The notes below the pieces were generated by a model. It saw nothing but the letters and a program-made list of their open reading frames with translations, made no database searches and was not told the origin of the DNA. Below, in pieces: positions 1-10,330 of a stretch of 54,266 nt of DNA. Source of the DNA: Candidatus Uhrbacteria bacterium (GTDB lineage: Bacteria; Patescibacteriota; Patescibacteriia; JACQRZ01); contig JACQSC010000001.1 of NCBI GenBank assembly GCA_016206155.1, positions 71,105-125,370 on the forward strand, in the 5' to 3' direction. A program made the translations under genes and the position numbers. Within the stretch, counting starts at the first letter, position 1. Every line of letters begins with the position of its first letter.

Positions 1-2
1 TT

Positions 3-533
3 ATTACTAAACCGCTTGGCGTGTGGTTCGGGCAGCCCATTATTTATGTTAGTGCATTTATTCTGTTGTTCATTGGAATCTCTGTTGAATCTTATTTTTT
101 CGTGGGTATCGGATTCGTCATCGCGCTTATTACGCCCTTTGTGCGCGGTCCCGAACTGCTATCAAAAAAGGGCATTGAAGCGTTCAAAAAAATTCTCGGG
201 TTTAAGGAGTATTTGAGTATGGTCGAAGCTGACCGATTGCGTCTGCTCAACGCGCCGGCTCTGAAGCCAGAAATGTTCGAGAGGTATTTGCCGTTTGCGA
301 TGATTTTTAAGGTTGAAAAGGAGTGGGCACAGAAGTTTGAGGCAATACCTCTGGTGCCGCCCCAATGGATGGAGGGATCGCTTGGAACATTTTCTGCCGT
401 GGCATTTGCCGGTTCTCTCTCGTCAATGAACTCATCATTTTCTTCGGCATTTTCCAGCGCCTCAAGTTCGGGCGGGAGTGGCGGCGGGTCATCTGGAGGC
501 GGCTCTGGCGGTGGCGGCGGAGGGAGTTGGTAG
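3..533 (+). CDS. DUF2207-like membrane protein, C-terminal part (5' end outside the window)
   Basis: The frame is open from the window edge, with no stop between nt 3 and the GTG at 21. It has TM helices, a conserved ERYLPFAMIF region and a Gly/Ser tail (GGSGGGSSGGGSGGGGGGSW). Confidence 0.6.
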   Translation: MTKPLGVWFGQPIIYVSAFILLFIGISVESYFFVGIGFVIALITPFVRGPELLSKKGIEAFKKILGFKEYLSMVEADRLRLLNAPALKPEMFERYLPFAMIFKVEKEWAQKFEAIPLVPPQWMEGSLGTFSAVAFAGSLSSMNSSFSSAFSSASSSGGSGGGSSGGGSGGGGGGSW

Positions 534-608
534 ATTGCCTATGTTTATTTAAGCAATTAAGTACTAAACATTATTGAGCAGACAAAAAAATCTCTCACGC
601 CAGAGCAG

Positions 609-761
609 ATGGCCTATGTCTGGATTGCAGTTGGCATCGGGTTGGCCGTGGCGTTTATCGTAATTGGGTCGGTGTTCTTCGGCCTCAAGCCTGGACCATC
701 GAGTTCGACACAATCCAACTACGAGCCGATTGACGCATCACAGTACGCTCCCATTGAGTAA
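609..761 (+). CDS. small single-pass membrane protein (50 aa), hypothetical
   Basis: ATG at 609, TAA at 759-761. Translation is MAYVWIAVGIGLAVAFIVIGSVFFGLKPG... It is below the ORF-track length cutoff. Confidence 0.35.
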   Translation: MAYVWIAVGIGLAVAFIVIGSVFFGLKPGPSSSTQSNYEPIDASQYAPIE

Positions 762-777
762 TTTACTCAATTTTCCC

Positions 778-805
778 TTGACTTGAGTGGAAAATAGTGT
801 AGTGT
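778..805 (+). promoter_or_regulatory. possible atp operon promoter
   Basis: TTGACT at 778-783, then a weak -10 (TAGTGT, 800-805) after 16 nt. It lies just upstream of the atpZ ATG at 813. Confidence 0.3.
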
Positions 806-812
806 TGTATGC

Positions 813-1070
813 ATGCAAAAGAGCGATAACAATCCACAACTGCTCGGCCTTGCGCTGCAGATGGGATACCTCATTGCGATTCCGCTTGTGGCGTTTGCGC
901 TGGTTGGCAGATTTGTTGATTCAATTTTTGGGAGTTCGCCGCTCTTTTTTTTAATCGGAATTCTTTTGGCGATTATACTCTCAACAATCCTCGTATACCG
1001 GAAGACAACGATGTTGCTCAAGGATGCTGAGGACAAGAACGATACTGGATCCCGCCCTTCGGCGGGATGA
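813..1070 (+). CDS. atpZ: AtpZ/AtpI-like small membrane protein of the ATP synthase operon
   Basis: 85 aa with two TM helices. It is the first gene of the atp operon and overlaps atpB by 4 nt. Confidence 0.7.
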   Translation: MQKSDNNPQLLGLALQMGYLIAIPLVAFALVGRFVDSIFGSSPLFFLIGILLAIILSTILVYRKTTMLLKDAEDKNDTGSRPSAG

Positions 1071-1819
1071 CAAACCCTATGGTTATTTCCATCGCCGCAG
1101 AACCCATCGCCCATATCGGAACATTCCCAGTCACCAACAGCATGGTGGTTGCATGGGTGATGAGCGTTGTACTGATTGCTTTTGGCTGGCTTGCTTCTCG
1201 GAGCGCTGTGCTTGTTCCCCGCGGCATTCAGAATACGTTTGAGGCGATTCTGGACCTTCTTCTCAAGATGGTAGACGGTGTTACCAAAAATCGCGCGCAA
1301 TCGAAAAAAATATTTCCGCTGATCGCTACGATTTTTTTGTTTGTGTTAGCCGTGAACTGGGCAGGCCTTCTTCCGGGTATGGGTGGCGCGGTCGGAGTTC
1401 TCGAAGAACACGAGGGCAAGCCCATTATAATCTCATTTATCCGCGCGACCTCTGCTGATCTCAATTTTACACTTGCCTTGGCGCTTATCAGCGTGGTGAC
1501 GGTTCAGGTTATTGGCATTGCGAGCATTGGATTTTTTAAATATGCAGGAAAATTCGTTAACTTTTCAAGCCCTATTAATTTTTTTGTCGGTATCCTGGAA
1601 ATGATATCCGAGGTTGCGAAGCTTGTTTCCTTTTCGTTTCGTCTCTTTGGCAATATCTTTGCCGGCGAAGTGCTCTTGACCGTCATGTCGTTTTTGGTAC
1701 CATATATTATTCCATTGCCATTTCTCGCGCTCGAGGTTTTTGTAGGTTTTATCCAGGCGTTGGTTTTTGCGATGCTGACGCTCGTGTTTTTGAAGATGGG
1801 CATGGAGGAAGCGCATTGA
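1067..1819 (+). CDS. atpB: F0F1 ATP synthase subunit a
   Basis: 250 aa polytopic protein with the conserved FRLFGNIFAGE motif (essential Arg). Operon context supports the call. Confidence 0.95.
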   Translation: MTNPMVISIAAEPIAHIGTFPVTNSMVVAWVMSVVLIAFGWLASRSAVLVPRGIQNTFEAILDLLLKMVDGVTKNRAQSKKIFPLIATIFLFVLAVNWAGLLPGMGGAVGVLEEHEGKPIIISFIRATSADLNFTLALALISVVTVQVIGIASIGFFKYAGKFVNFSSPINFFVGILEMISEVAKLVSFSFRLFGNIFAGEVLLTVMSFLVPYIIPLPFLALEVFVGFIQALVFAMLTLVFLKMGMEEAH

Positions 1820-1823
1820 ACAA

Positions 1824-2150
<327 letters not shown>

Positions 2151-2183
2151 TTGGTTTGACAGGATGATCCTTTCTTTGGTCGG

Positions 2184-2275
2184 CGAATTACGAATCAAGA
2201 ATCAAGAATTAAGCACATAAAACATCGGCCCGAATTCATATTCGTAATTCTTAATTCGAAATTCTTAATTCTTCG
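2184..2275. repeat. heptad-array hairpin: (CGAATTA/AGAATCA)x4, then (TTAATTC-type)x4-5
   Basis: cgaattacgaatcaagaatcaagaattaag ... ttcgtaattcttaattcgaaattcttaattcttcg. Confidence 0.85.
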
Positions 2276-2321
2276 CATTGAAAACGGCAATGGTGAAAGG
2301 AGAGAAACGTATAAATCGTGT

Positions 2322-2819
2322 ATGGAGATATTGAGTAAATTAGGCATTGATTGGAGACTGCTCATTGCGCAGATTGTTAACTTCGCAATTCTTCTCGCAC
2401 TTCTCTACAAGTTTGCCTACAAGCCGTTGCTTGCGCTTCTTGAAAAGCGCGAGGCGATGATTGCAAAAAGCGTTGAAGATGCGCGGGCGATTGAAGAACG
2501 CCTGCAGCAAACAGAAAAGAGCGCGCAAGAGGTTTTGATGGGCGCGCGAAAAGAAGCCGCGGAGATTTTTGAGGCTGCAGAGCATACTGCCGAGCAGCGA
2601 AGAAAGCAGTCTTTAGAGAAGACAAAAGAGGACCTGCGCCAGATTGTCGAGCAGACGCGCATGATGCTTAAAAATGAAAAAGAAGCGATGGTGCAAGAAG
2701 CGCGAGCTGAGATTGCCCACATTGTTGTCCGGGCCACAGAGCGTGTACTGGCGGATGTTGCGCACGAAAAGGTGAATGATTCCCTTGTACAAAAAACTCT
2801 TGAAAAGATTACGGGATGA
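2322..2819 (+). CDS. atpF: F0F1 ATP synthase subunit b
   Basis: 165 aa with an N-terminal TM helix and a long charged helix. It sits between atpE and atpH. Confidence 0.9.
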   Translation: MEILSKLGIDWRLLIAQIVNFAILLALLYKFAYKPLLALLEKREAMIAKSVEDARAIEERLQQTEKSAQEVLMGARKEAAEIFEAAEHTAEQRRKQSLEKTKEDLRQIVEQTRMMLKNEKEAMVQEARAEIAHIVVRATERVLADVAHEKVNDSLVQKTLEKITG

Positions 2820-3217
2820 GGAAGCAAAACGCAAAACAATTTGCCTCTGCGCTTCGAGCATTGACGCGGGGAAAGAAAAAAAGTGAAATAGACACAATCG
2901 TTCGCTCGGTTGTAGGGCGTTACGGCGTTACCGGACAGATGAAGTTTCTTGCTCGCGTCTGGCACCAACTCCACGATATTTTGAATAGTGAGAAGGGGGT
3001 GGCGCGCGTTGCGGTCCGCGTTCCATCCTGCGATAAAAAGCGCAATCGAGCGTTGACCGGACAAATTGCAAAACAGGTCGGTCGCGACAGTGAGATTTCC
3101 ATCACAGAAGACCCCTCGCTCATTGCCGGCGCTGTTGTGACAGTAGGTGATAAGCGTTACGACGGCAGCGTTAAGGCGCGAATACGGCAGTTGAGGAAAC
3201 ACCTTCAAAGGAATTAA
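2816..3217 (+). CDS. atpH: F0F1 ATP synthase subunit delta (OSCP), short form
   Basis: 133 aa with an ATGA overlap onto atpF. The C-terminal IAGAVVTVGDKRYDGSVKARIRQL matches the OSCP signature region. The stop TAA lies inside the first GAATTAA heptad. Confidence 0.85.
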   Translation: MRKQNAKQFASALRALTRGKKKSEIDTIVRSVVGRYGVTGQMKFLARVWHQLHDILNSEKGVARVAVRVPSCDKKRNRALTGQIAKQVGRDSEISITEDPSLIAGAVVTVGDKRYDGSVKARIRQLRKHLQRN

Positions 3218-3291
3218 GAATTATGAATTAAGAATTAAGCATGTTTAAACATCGTATCCTTGATTCTTAATTCGTAATTCTTTATTCTTCG
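3211..3291. repeat. heptad-array hairpin: (GAATTAA)x4, then (TTAATTC-type)x4
   Basis: gaattaagaattatgaattaagaattaagc ... ccttgattcttaattcgtaattctttattcttcg. It contains the atpH stop codon. Confidence 0.9.
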
Positions 3292-3336
3292 TATCATCAG
3301 AGTTCACTATCGATTTTGCAGATAATATTTTTCTCT

Positions 3337-4869
3337 ATGTCACAAACGAACTACATTCTTGAATCGCTAAAAACGCAGATCCAATCGTTCAAAGGAGAGA
3401 TTGAGGAGTCGGATGTTGGCCGGATTATCGAGGTTGGCGATGGTATTGCCCGCATTCTCGGATTGTCTGGCGCCAAGCAATCGGAGATGCTTGAGATTGA
3501 AACGCCCCATGGCGGTACGGTTACCGCCGTTGTTCTCAACCTCGAAGAGGATACCATCGGCGCCATGATCCTTGGTGACTATATGAATATTCATGAGGGG
3601 GATACGGTCAAAAGCACAGGGCGCATTTTGGAAGTACCGGTCGGAGATGGCCTCATTGGTCGAGTTGTGAGTCCCTTGGGCGAGGCGCTTGATGGAAAAG
3701 GCGCCATTGTTTCTGGCGCGAACTATCCGGTTGAAAAAATCGCACCTGGAGTGATCACGCGGAAGGGTGTGCATCAGCCGCTCCATACTGGCATTAAGGC
3801 AATCGACGCCATGATTCCGGTCGGGCGCGGACAGCGCGAACTGATTATCGGCGACCGCCAAACCGGAAAGACCGCCATCGCGATTGATACCATCATTCAT
3901 CAGAAGCATGAGCGGGCAGCAGGAAATGACATTCTCTGTGTTTACGTTGCTATTGGACAAAAGGAGGGAAAAATCGCAAAGCTTGTTGCCAAGCTCCAAG
4001 AAGAGGGGGCGATGGAGTATACCACGATTGTGCTTGCGGGCGCATCGGATCCTGCTTCGCTCTCATATCTCGCCCCGTTCGCGGGCTGTGCAATGGCTGA
4101 GTTTTTTATGGATCAGGGACGCGATGTGCTGGTTGTTTATGACGATCTATCAAAACATGCCGTTGCCTATCGTCAACTCTCACTGCTTCTCAGGAGACCG
4201 CCTGGACGCGAGGCCTATCCGGGTGATATTTTTTACCTCCATTCACGTCTCCTGGAACGCGCGGCAAAGCTGAACAAGGAGCATGGCGGGGGATCGCTTA
4301 CGGCGTTTCCGATTATCGAAACTCAAGCCGGTGATGTATCGGCATATATTCCAACCAACGTGATTTCCATTACTGACGGGCAAATCTATCTGGAGGCCGA
4401 TCTTTTTTACCAAGGCATTCGTCCGGCTGTCAATGTAGGTCTTTCAGTCTCTCGCGTGGGATCTGCGGCACAGACCAAGGCGATGAAAAAGGTTGCGGGC
4501 CGCTTGCGTCTTGAACTTGCGCAATATCGCGAATTGGCGGCCTTTGCGCAGTTCGGATCAGATTTGGATGAAGCGACGCAAAAGCAAATTAATCGCGGTG
4601 CGCGTCTGACGGAGATTCTCAAACAAGGACAATACGAACCAATGCCGTTCGAGTATCAGACCGTTGCGCTGTATGCCGGCGTCAATGCGTTGTTTGACGA
4701 TATTCCTGTTGAGAAAATCAAGAAAGTTGAACAGGCATTACACGAATATCTCCACATCAACAAGCGTAAACTCATGGAAACGATTGCGAAGGAACAGGCG
4801 TTGAGTGAGGATAGCGAGCAGCGGCTCAAAATTGCGATTGAGGAGTATAAAAAAACAATACCAATATAG
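3337..4869 (+). CDS. atpA: F0F1 ATP synthase subunit alpha
   Basis: Walker A GDRQTGKT and a full-length alpha fold sequence. The ATG at 3337 (MSQTNYILE) is preferred over the track's TTG at 3316. Confidence 0.97.
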   Translation: MSQTNYILESLKTQIQSFKGEIEESDVGRIIEVGDGIARILGLSGAKQSEMLEIETPHGGTVTAVVLNLEEDTIGAMILGDYMNIHEGDTVKSTGRILEVPVGDGLIGRVVSPLGEALDGKGAIVSGANYPVEKIAPGVITRKGVHQPLHTGIKAIDAMIPVGRGQRELIIGDRQTGKTAIAIDTIIHQKHERAAGNDILCVYVAIGQKEGKIAKLVAKLQEEGAMEYTTIVLAGASDPASLSYLAPFAGCAMAEFFMDQGRDVLVVYDDLSKHAVAYRQLSLLLRRPPGREAYPGDIFYLHSRLLERAAKLNKEHGGGSLTAFPIIETQAGDVSAYIPTNVISITDGQIYLEADLFYQGIRPAVNVGLSVSRVGSAAQTKAMKKVAGRLRLELAQYRELAAFAQFGSDLDEATQKQINRGARLTEILKQGQYEPMPFEYQTVALYAGVNALFDDIPVEKIKKVEQALHEYLHINKRKLMETIAKEQALSEDSEQRLKIAIEEYKKTIPI

Positions 4870-4872
4870 GGG

Positions 4873-4942
4873 CTCGTAATCCGTAACTCGTAACTCGTAA
4901 AAAAATCATTACGGATTACGGATTACGGATTACGGATTACGA
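4873..4942. repeat. heptad-array hairpin: (CTCGTAA/TCCGTAA)x4, then (TTACGGA)x5
   Basis: ctcgtaatccgtaactcgtaactcgtaa aaaaatca ttacggattacggattacggattacggattacga. It starts 3 nt after the atpA stop and ends 3 nt before the atpG ATG. Confidence 0.9.
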
Positions 4943-4945
4943 TGT

Positions 4946-5871
4946 ATGAAAGGAACGTTACAGATACGCCGCCAGATCCGCTCAATCGGAAATACCAAAA
5001 AGATGACAAAGGCGATGGAGCTGGTATCTGCCGCAAAGATGCGAAAAGCGATTGTGGCGGTACTTGCGACCCGTCCGTATGCGACCTTTGCTCAGGATGT
5101 TTTGCGGTTTCTTGCCTCGCGTACCGTCGATGCGTCACGTCATCCGTTGCTTGAGGTGCGTGCCTTGCGCAAAGCGGGGTTTATCGTCATCAGTACGAAC
5201 AGGGGGCTGTGTGGTAGCTTCAACGCAACCCTGGCATCAACCGTGCGCCACGAAGTGACGCGCGCGAAAGAAGATGGCGCATCTTCCAGCGAGGCGCTGA
5301 GCATGGGCAAACGAGCACGTGACATTCTCGCCCGATCCGGGTTAAAGATTAGCGCTGATTTTTTAAAAAAAGACATGACGACAAGCATCATTGATGTATT
5401 GCCGCTTGCGCACACCATTATCGAGCGGTACGGAAAGGGCAACCTTGATCGTGTGTATGTGGCGTATACCGACTATATTTCATCCGTTAAGCAAAAACCT
5501 GTGTGTAAGCAATTACTCCCGCTTGAATTGGGGTCTGGCTCAGTTTCGCAAAGCGAATCTGTGCCTGACCCCAATTCAGTGTTACCAAGCTCCGAGGGCA
5601 GACATAAAGAATTTGCCGGCACGCTGTTCGAACCATCAGAAACTCAAGTACTCTCCTATGTTATACCTCGTCTTCTCGAGGTTCAGCTGTATCAGGCGGT
5701 GCTGGAGTCAGAGGCATCGGAGCACAGCGCGCGCATGCTTGCCATGCACAATGCCTCTGAGGCCGCAACTGATATTCTCTCTGAGCTCCGATTGGCCTAT
5801 AACCAGATTCGCCAGGCGGGCATTACGCAGGAGATCGCTGAGATCTCGAGCGGCAGAGCCGCGCTGGAATA

Positions 5872-5872
<1 letters not shown>
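4946..5872 (+). CDS. atpG: F0F1 ATP synthase subunit gamma
   Basis: 308 aa. The N-terminal IRRQIRSIGNTKKMTKAMELVSAAKMRKA and the C-terminal LAYNQIRQAGITQEIAEISSG are both gamma hallmarks. Confidence 0.95.
5525..5577. repeat. 53-nt imperfect palindrome translated in frame inside atpG (copy A of a palindromic element family)
   Basis: GAATTGGGGTCTGGCTCAGTTTCGC AAA GCGAATCTGTGCCTGACCCCAATTC. 22 of 25 arm positions pair, with three T:T mismatches. It encodes ELGSGSVSQSESVPDPN. Confidence 0.85.
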
Positions 5873-7375
<1,503 letters not shown>

Positions 7376-7378
7376 AAA

Positions 7379-7437
7379 GGGTATAGGGGTTAGGGTATAG
7401 GGTATAGTTTCAAACCCTGAACCCTGAACCATGAACC
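7379..7437. repeat. heptad-array hairpin: (GGGTATA/GGGGTTA)x4, then (CCCTGAA-type)x3.5
   Basis: gggtataggggttagggtatagggtatag ttt c aaaccctgaaccctgaaccatgaacc. It starts 3 nt after the atpD stop, and its right arm runs into the first atpC ATG. Confidence 0.9.
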
Positions 7438-7874
7438 ATATGAGATTGAACATCATCACCCCGGAAAAGATCGTTTTCTCCGAAGATGTCGACCAAGTGA
7501 CCATCCCGACAATGGATGGGGAGATTACTGTGTTGCCGCATCACATTCCCTTGGTTGGATTATTGAAAGCAGGGGAGTTGATTATTAAAAAAGGAGACGA
7601 GATTATTCCGCTCGCGGTGTCTGGCGGCATGCTGCAAGTCCGCGCTGATGGCGTAACAATCCTTGCAGATACTGCGGAGCGCGTCGAGGAGATTGTTGAA
7701 GAGCGTGCGGAGGAAGCACGAAAAGCAGCGGAAAAGCTCATGGAAGAAAAACGCTTTGACGCAGAAGAATATGCTACGATTGCGGCAAAGATGGATCGCG
7801 AGCTCGCGCGCCTCAAGGTCGCGCGCAAATGGAGACACAAAGCGCATTCAGTACCAGGGTATAAGTCGGAATAA
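7431..7874 (+). CDS. atpC: F0F1 ATP synthase subunit epsilon
   Basis: 147 aa with an N-terminal beta-sandwich (ITPEKIVFSEDVDQVTIPTMDGEITVLPHHIPL) and C-terminal helices. The start may be the ATG at 7440 (MRLNIITPE). Confidence 0.9.
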   Translation: MNHMRLNIITPEKIVFSEDVDQVTIPTMDGEITVLPHHIPLVGLLKAGELIIKKGDEIIPLAVSGGMLQVRADGVTILADTAERVEEIVEERAEEARKAAEKLMEEKRFDAEEYATIAAKMDRELARLKVARKWRHKAHSVPGYKSE

Positions 7875-7887
7875 GAGAATTAGAATT

Positions 7888-7919
7888 AAAAAAATCGTTA
7901 GCACTCCCAGCGGTTTTTT
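7888..7919 (+). terminator. weak hairpin plus T-run after atpC, possible operon terminator
   Basis: AAAAAATCG ... CGGTTTTTT gives a 9-bp A/U-rich stem with a 12-13 nt loop and is followed by a T-run. Confidence 0.25.
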
Positions 7920-7935
7920 GATATAGTAGCTATAT

Positions 7936-8067
7936 ATGAAGCGAGTAATTATTGTTCATTGCTGGAGCGGGACGCCGGAGTACTGCTGGTATCCTGCCGT
8001 AAAAAACGAAGCCTCCTGCACAGACCTTCCAGATGCTGTTGAAGTTATTTTTGAAATGTCTCTATGA
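7936..8067 (+). pseudogene. 43-codon remnant resembling the N-terminus of a YdeN/RBBP9-type alpha/beta hydrolase
   Basis: The MKRVIIVHCWSGTPEYCWYPAVKNE pattern matches this family's starts, but the frame stops after 43 codons. Confidence 0.3.
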
Positions 8068-8249
8068 ACGCACATGATATGAAAAAAGAAATGTATGTCG
8101 ATCAAAAGCATGAGGAGCATATGTTTGATAGCATCACCGAAGATCTTCTGGCATCTTCAAGCCCAGTGTATCTGGCGAACATAAAAAAAGCGCGAAGCGA
8201 ACGGAAACGTTATTCTTTAAAAGAGGTAAGACGGATGCTGGACATCTAA
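8064..8249 (+). CDS. hypothetical 61-aa protein
   Basis: ORF with an ATGA overlap onto the upstream remnant and a charged C-terminus (IKKARSERKRYSLKEVRRML). No family was recognised. Confidence 0.35.
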   Translation: MNAHDMKKEMYVDQKHEEHMFDSITEDLLASSSPVYLANIKKARSERKRYSLKEVRRMLDI

Positions 8250-8289
8250 GGCATATTTGGCCTCTCTTTATAGCAGTTTATTTTTTCCC

Positions 8290-8318
8290 TTGACAGGTGA
8301 ACGATTGTTCACTAGGAT
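8290..8318 (+). promoter_or_regulatory. lexA promoter with embedded Cheo-type LexA (SOS) box
   Basis: TTGACA (8290-8295), 17 nt, TAGGAT (8313-8318). TGAACGATTGTTCA (8298-8311) fits GAAC-N4-GTTC and fills the spacer. Confidence 0.7.
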
Positions 8319-8394
8319 TGAAAGGTTAGAAGGTTGAAAGGTTAGAAGGAATATTCAAGATACTCCCAACCTGCCAACCTCTTAACCATCTAAC
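8317..8394. repeat. periodic-array hairpin (8-nt period: TGAAAGGT/TAGAAGGT x2, then CCAACCTG-type x3.5) in the lexA 5' leader
   Basis: gattgaaaggttagaaggttgaaaggttagaagg ... cccaacctgccaacctcttaaccatctaac. Confidence 0.85.
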
Positions 8395-8418
8395 TTTTAT
8401 TTTAATTTCATTTTTCCT

Positions 8419-8988
8419 ATGGATAAAGAAAAAACAGTGAAAAAGATCCAGCAGTTTTATCAAAAGAGAAAGCGCATGCCCAGCTTTTCAGAAGTTGCAG
8501 AACTCATTGGGTATAAGTCAAAGAACGCGGTCAGTAAGCTTGTGGATAAGTTAGTTGAGCGAGAACTTCTTTCAAAAGACGAGCAGGGAAGACTTTTGCC
8601 CGGGCGGCTCATGCGGGGGGTGCAGGTGTTGGGGACCGTAGCTGCGGGTTTTCCTTCACCGGCAGAAGAGGAGTTGTGCGATACGTTAAGCCTCGATGAA
8701 TGGCTCGTCCCGCACCGTGAAGCAACGTTTCTTTTGAAGGTGACCGGAGACTCCATGCAAGATGCGGGGATTGTTGATGGGGATATGGTGCTTGCGGAGC
8801 GAGGGTGTCAGCCGCGATCGGGTGATATCGTTATCGCCGAGATCGATCACGAGTGGACTATGAAATATTTTGTCCGCGATGGCGCGAAGGTCGTCCTTCG
8901 GCCAGGAAACACAAAGTATCCCGTCCTTGTTCCGCGATGCGAACTGAAAATCGCGGCCATTGTCCGCGGGGTGATTCGAAAGTATTAA
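8419..8988 (+). CDS. lexA: LexA repressor (S24 peptidase)
   Basis: N-terminal winged HTH, Ala-Gly cleavage site (VAAGFPSP), catalytic Ser in TGDSM and Lys in WTMKYF. Confidence 0.9.
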   Translation: MDKEKTVKKIQQFYQKRKRMPSFSEVAELIGYKSKNAVSKLVDKLVERELLSKDEQGRLLPGRLMRGVQVLGTVAAGFPSPAEEELCDTLSLDEWLVPHREATFLLKVTGDSMQDAGIVDGDMVLAERGCQPRSGDIVIAEIDHEWTMKYFVRDGAKVVLRPGNTKYPVLVPRCELKIAAIVRGVIRKY

Positions 8989-8999
8989 GTTTGCCATGT

Positions 9000-9338
9000 A
9001 TGGTCGTTGCCTTTTTTGATAAAAGTATAGAAGAATTTGTCGAGGGTTTTGAAAAACCAATCCGCTCTCGTATAGCGCGGACGATTATGCTTCTTGAACG
9101 GTTTGGAAATCGTATCACCATGCCTTACAGCAAAAATGTCGAACATAATTTATTTGAGTTGAGAACCATGGGAAATCCTGCTATACGGATATTTTATACA
9201 TTCCACGGTAGTTGTGCCGTTCTTTTGTGTGGGTATATCAAAAAATATCAGAAGATTCCGCGAAAGGAATTTTTACTTGCTATTAAGAAGCTACATCTCT
9301 TGACAGAATATAACGTAAACGTTATATTCAGAACATAA
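9000..9338 (+). CDS. higB: HigB/Gp49-type (RelE/ParE superfamily) toxin
   Basis: 112 aa from the ATG at 9000. The longer track ORF from 8853 overlaps lexA. The gene precedes an XRE antitoxin, which is the HigBA order. Confidence 0.7.
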   Translation: MVVAFFDKSIEEFVEGFEKPIRSRIARTIMLLERFGNRITMPYSKNVEHNLFELRTMGNPAIRIFYTFHGSCAVLLCGYIKKYQKIPRKEFLLAIKKLHLLTEYNVNVIFRT

Positions 9339-9357
9339 TCAATAATAGCATACTTAT

Positions 9358-9678
9358 ATGCGTTTTCGTTCATTCGCAGTATTTAAGAAGAAGCTTTTAA
9401 AGGATAAAGCATTTCGGAAAGAGTATGAGAAATTAGAGCCAGAATTTGAGCTTGCTTGCAAGCTTATTGAAAAACGAATTCAGCGTGGATTGAGCCAGGA
9501 AGCTCTGGCAAAAAAGATGAATACGAAGCAATCCGCGATTGCGCGGCTTGAATCAGGCTCCTATAATATGACACTTGCATTTCTTGATAAAGCGGCAAAG
9601 GCCCTTGATACACGCGTTGCGATTTCATTGGTTGATAAGCCACGCGCGAGAACTGCCGCTCCGCATTCTGTACGATGA
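9358..9678 (+). CDS. higA: XRE-family HTH antitoxin (HigA-like)
   Basis: HTH segment GLSQEALAKKMNTKQSAIARLESG. It lies directly downstream of the toxin gene. Confidence 0.75.
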   Translation: MRFRSFAVFKKKLLKDKAFRKEYEKLEPEFELACKLIEKRIQRGLSQEALAKKMNTKQSAIARLESGSYNMTLAFLDKAAKALDTRVAISLVDKPRARTAAPHSVR

Positions 9679-10310
9679 ATTGTAGCATAATCTGTAAAAA
9701 AACTGCTCGGGCTATGAGGAGGGATCCAAGCAGCCGTTTGTTTATCACGAAGGTATTGCTGTTCTTTACACTTTTTTTTCTTGGTAGTATTGGTGTTACA
9801 ATGACAGCCATCGCCAGAGAAGGTGATATTGAAGAACTTGAATCGGCAGATGCGATTTTGGTGCTTGGCGCGGGTCAAATTGGCAATGAACCATCTTCCG
9901 TGTTTCGAGCACGACTTGATCGCGCCCGCGAGTTGTATAATAGAGAATTTGCCAAACTCATTATCATAACAGGTGGGATTGGCGAGGATTTTTCTGTTTC
10001 GGACTCTCGGGTAGGGAAGGAGTATCTCGTGCAACGAGGCATTCCCGCAGACGCTTTATTTATAGAAGAAAGAAGCAGGACAACACGGCAAAATATTATG
10101 GGCGCGCGCGATATTATCAATATTCAGGGTGTTCATACGAGTCTTCTTGTAAGTCATGATTTTCATATGATGCGAGCAAAAAAAATAGCGCGCGATCTTG
10201 GACTTATTGTGTTTTCTGCCCCAGTGCGGACAAAAAATAAATTACAGTATTTTCAATATTCTTTTCGGGAGGTTATGATGACATTCCTTTACATGGCGTT
10301 GAAGGTTTAA
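9675..10310 (+). CDS. YdcF/ElyC (DUF218) family membrane-anchored protein
   Basis: N-terminal TM helix, then ILVLGAG ... IIITGG ... LLVSHDFHMMRAKKIA, as in DUF218. It has an ATGA overlap with higA. Confidence 0.7.
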   Translation: MNCSIICKKTARAMRRDPSSRLFITKVLLFFTLFFLGSIGVTMTAIAREGDIEELESADAILVLGAGQIGNEPSSVFRARLDRARELYNREFAKLIIITGGIGEDFSVSDSRVGKEYLVQRGIPADALFIEERSRTTRQNIMGARDIINIQGVHTSLLVSHDFHMMRAKKIARDLGLIVFSAPVRTKNKLQYFQYSFREVMMTFLYMALKV

Positions 10311-10330
10311 TTAATTGAATCCATTGCTCT

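Noticed and set aside
470-533. The Gly/Ser-coding low-complexity run (GGSGGGSSGGGSGGGGGGSW) as a DNA tandem repeat or slippage tract.
   Set aside because: The codons are heterogeneous (ggc/ggg/gga/ggt/tct/tca) with no exact DNA unit. Such tails are typical of the DUF2207 family.
2417-3208. A 263-aa minus-strand ORF lies opposite atpF/atpH. Similar long antisense ORFs are at 3367-3999, 14077-14811, 22428-23129, 37723-38541 and 39698-40279.
   Set aside because: These are shadow ORFs antisense to genes with unmistakable family motifs. Their translations are low-complexity or Arg/Ser-rich with no recognisable domains.
3316-3336. The ORF-track alternative starts: TTG at 3316 for atpA, TTG at 5951 for atpD, ATG at 8853 for higB, ATG at 37502 for the PEGA protein, ATG at 40531 for LCP, and GTG at 40808 for the AAA ATPase.
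   Set aside because: The extensions run through repeat arrays or overlap upstream genes and tRNA-region sequence. They add non-homologous residues, and internal ATGs give N-termini typical of each family.
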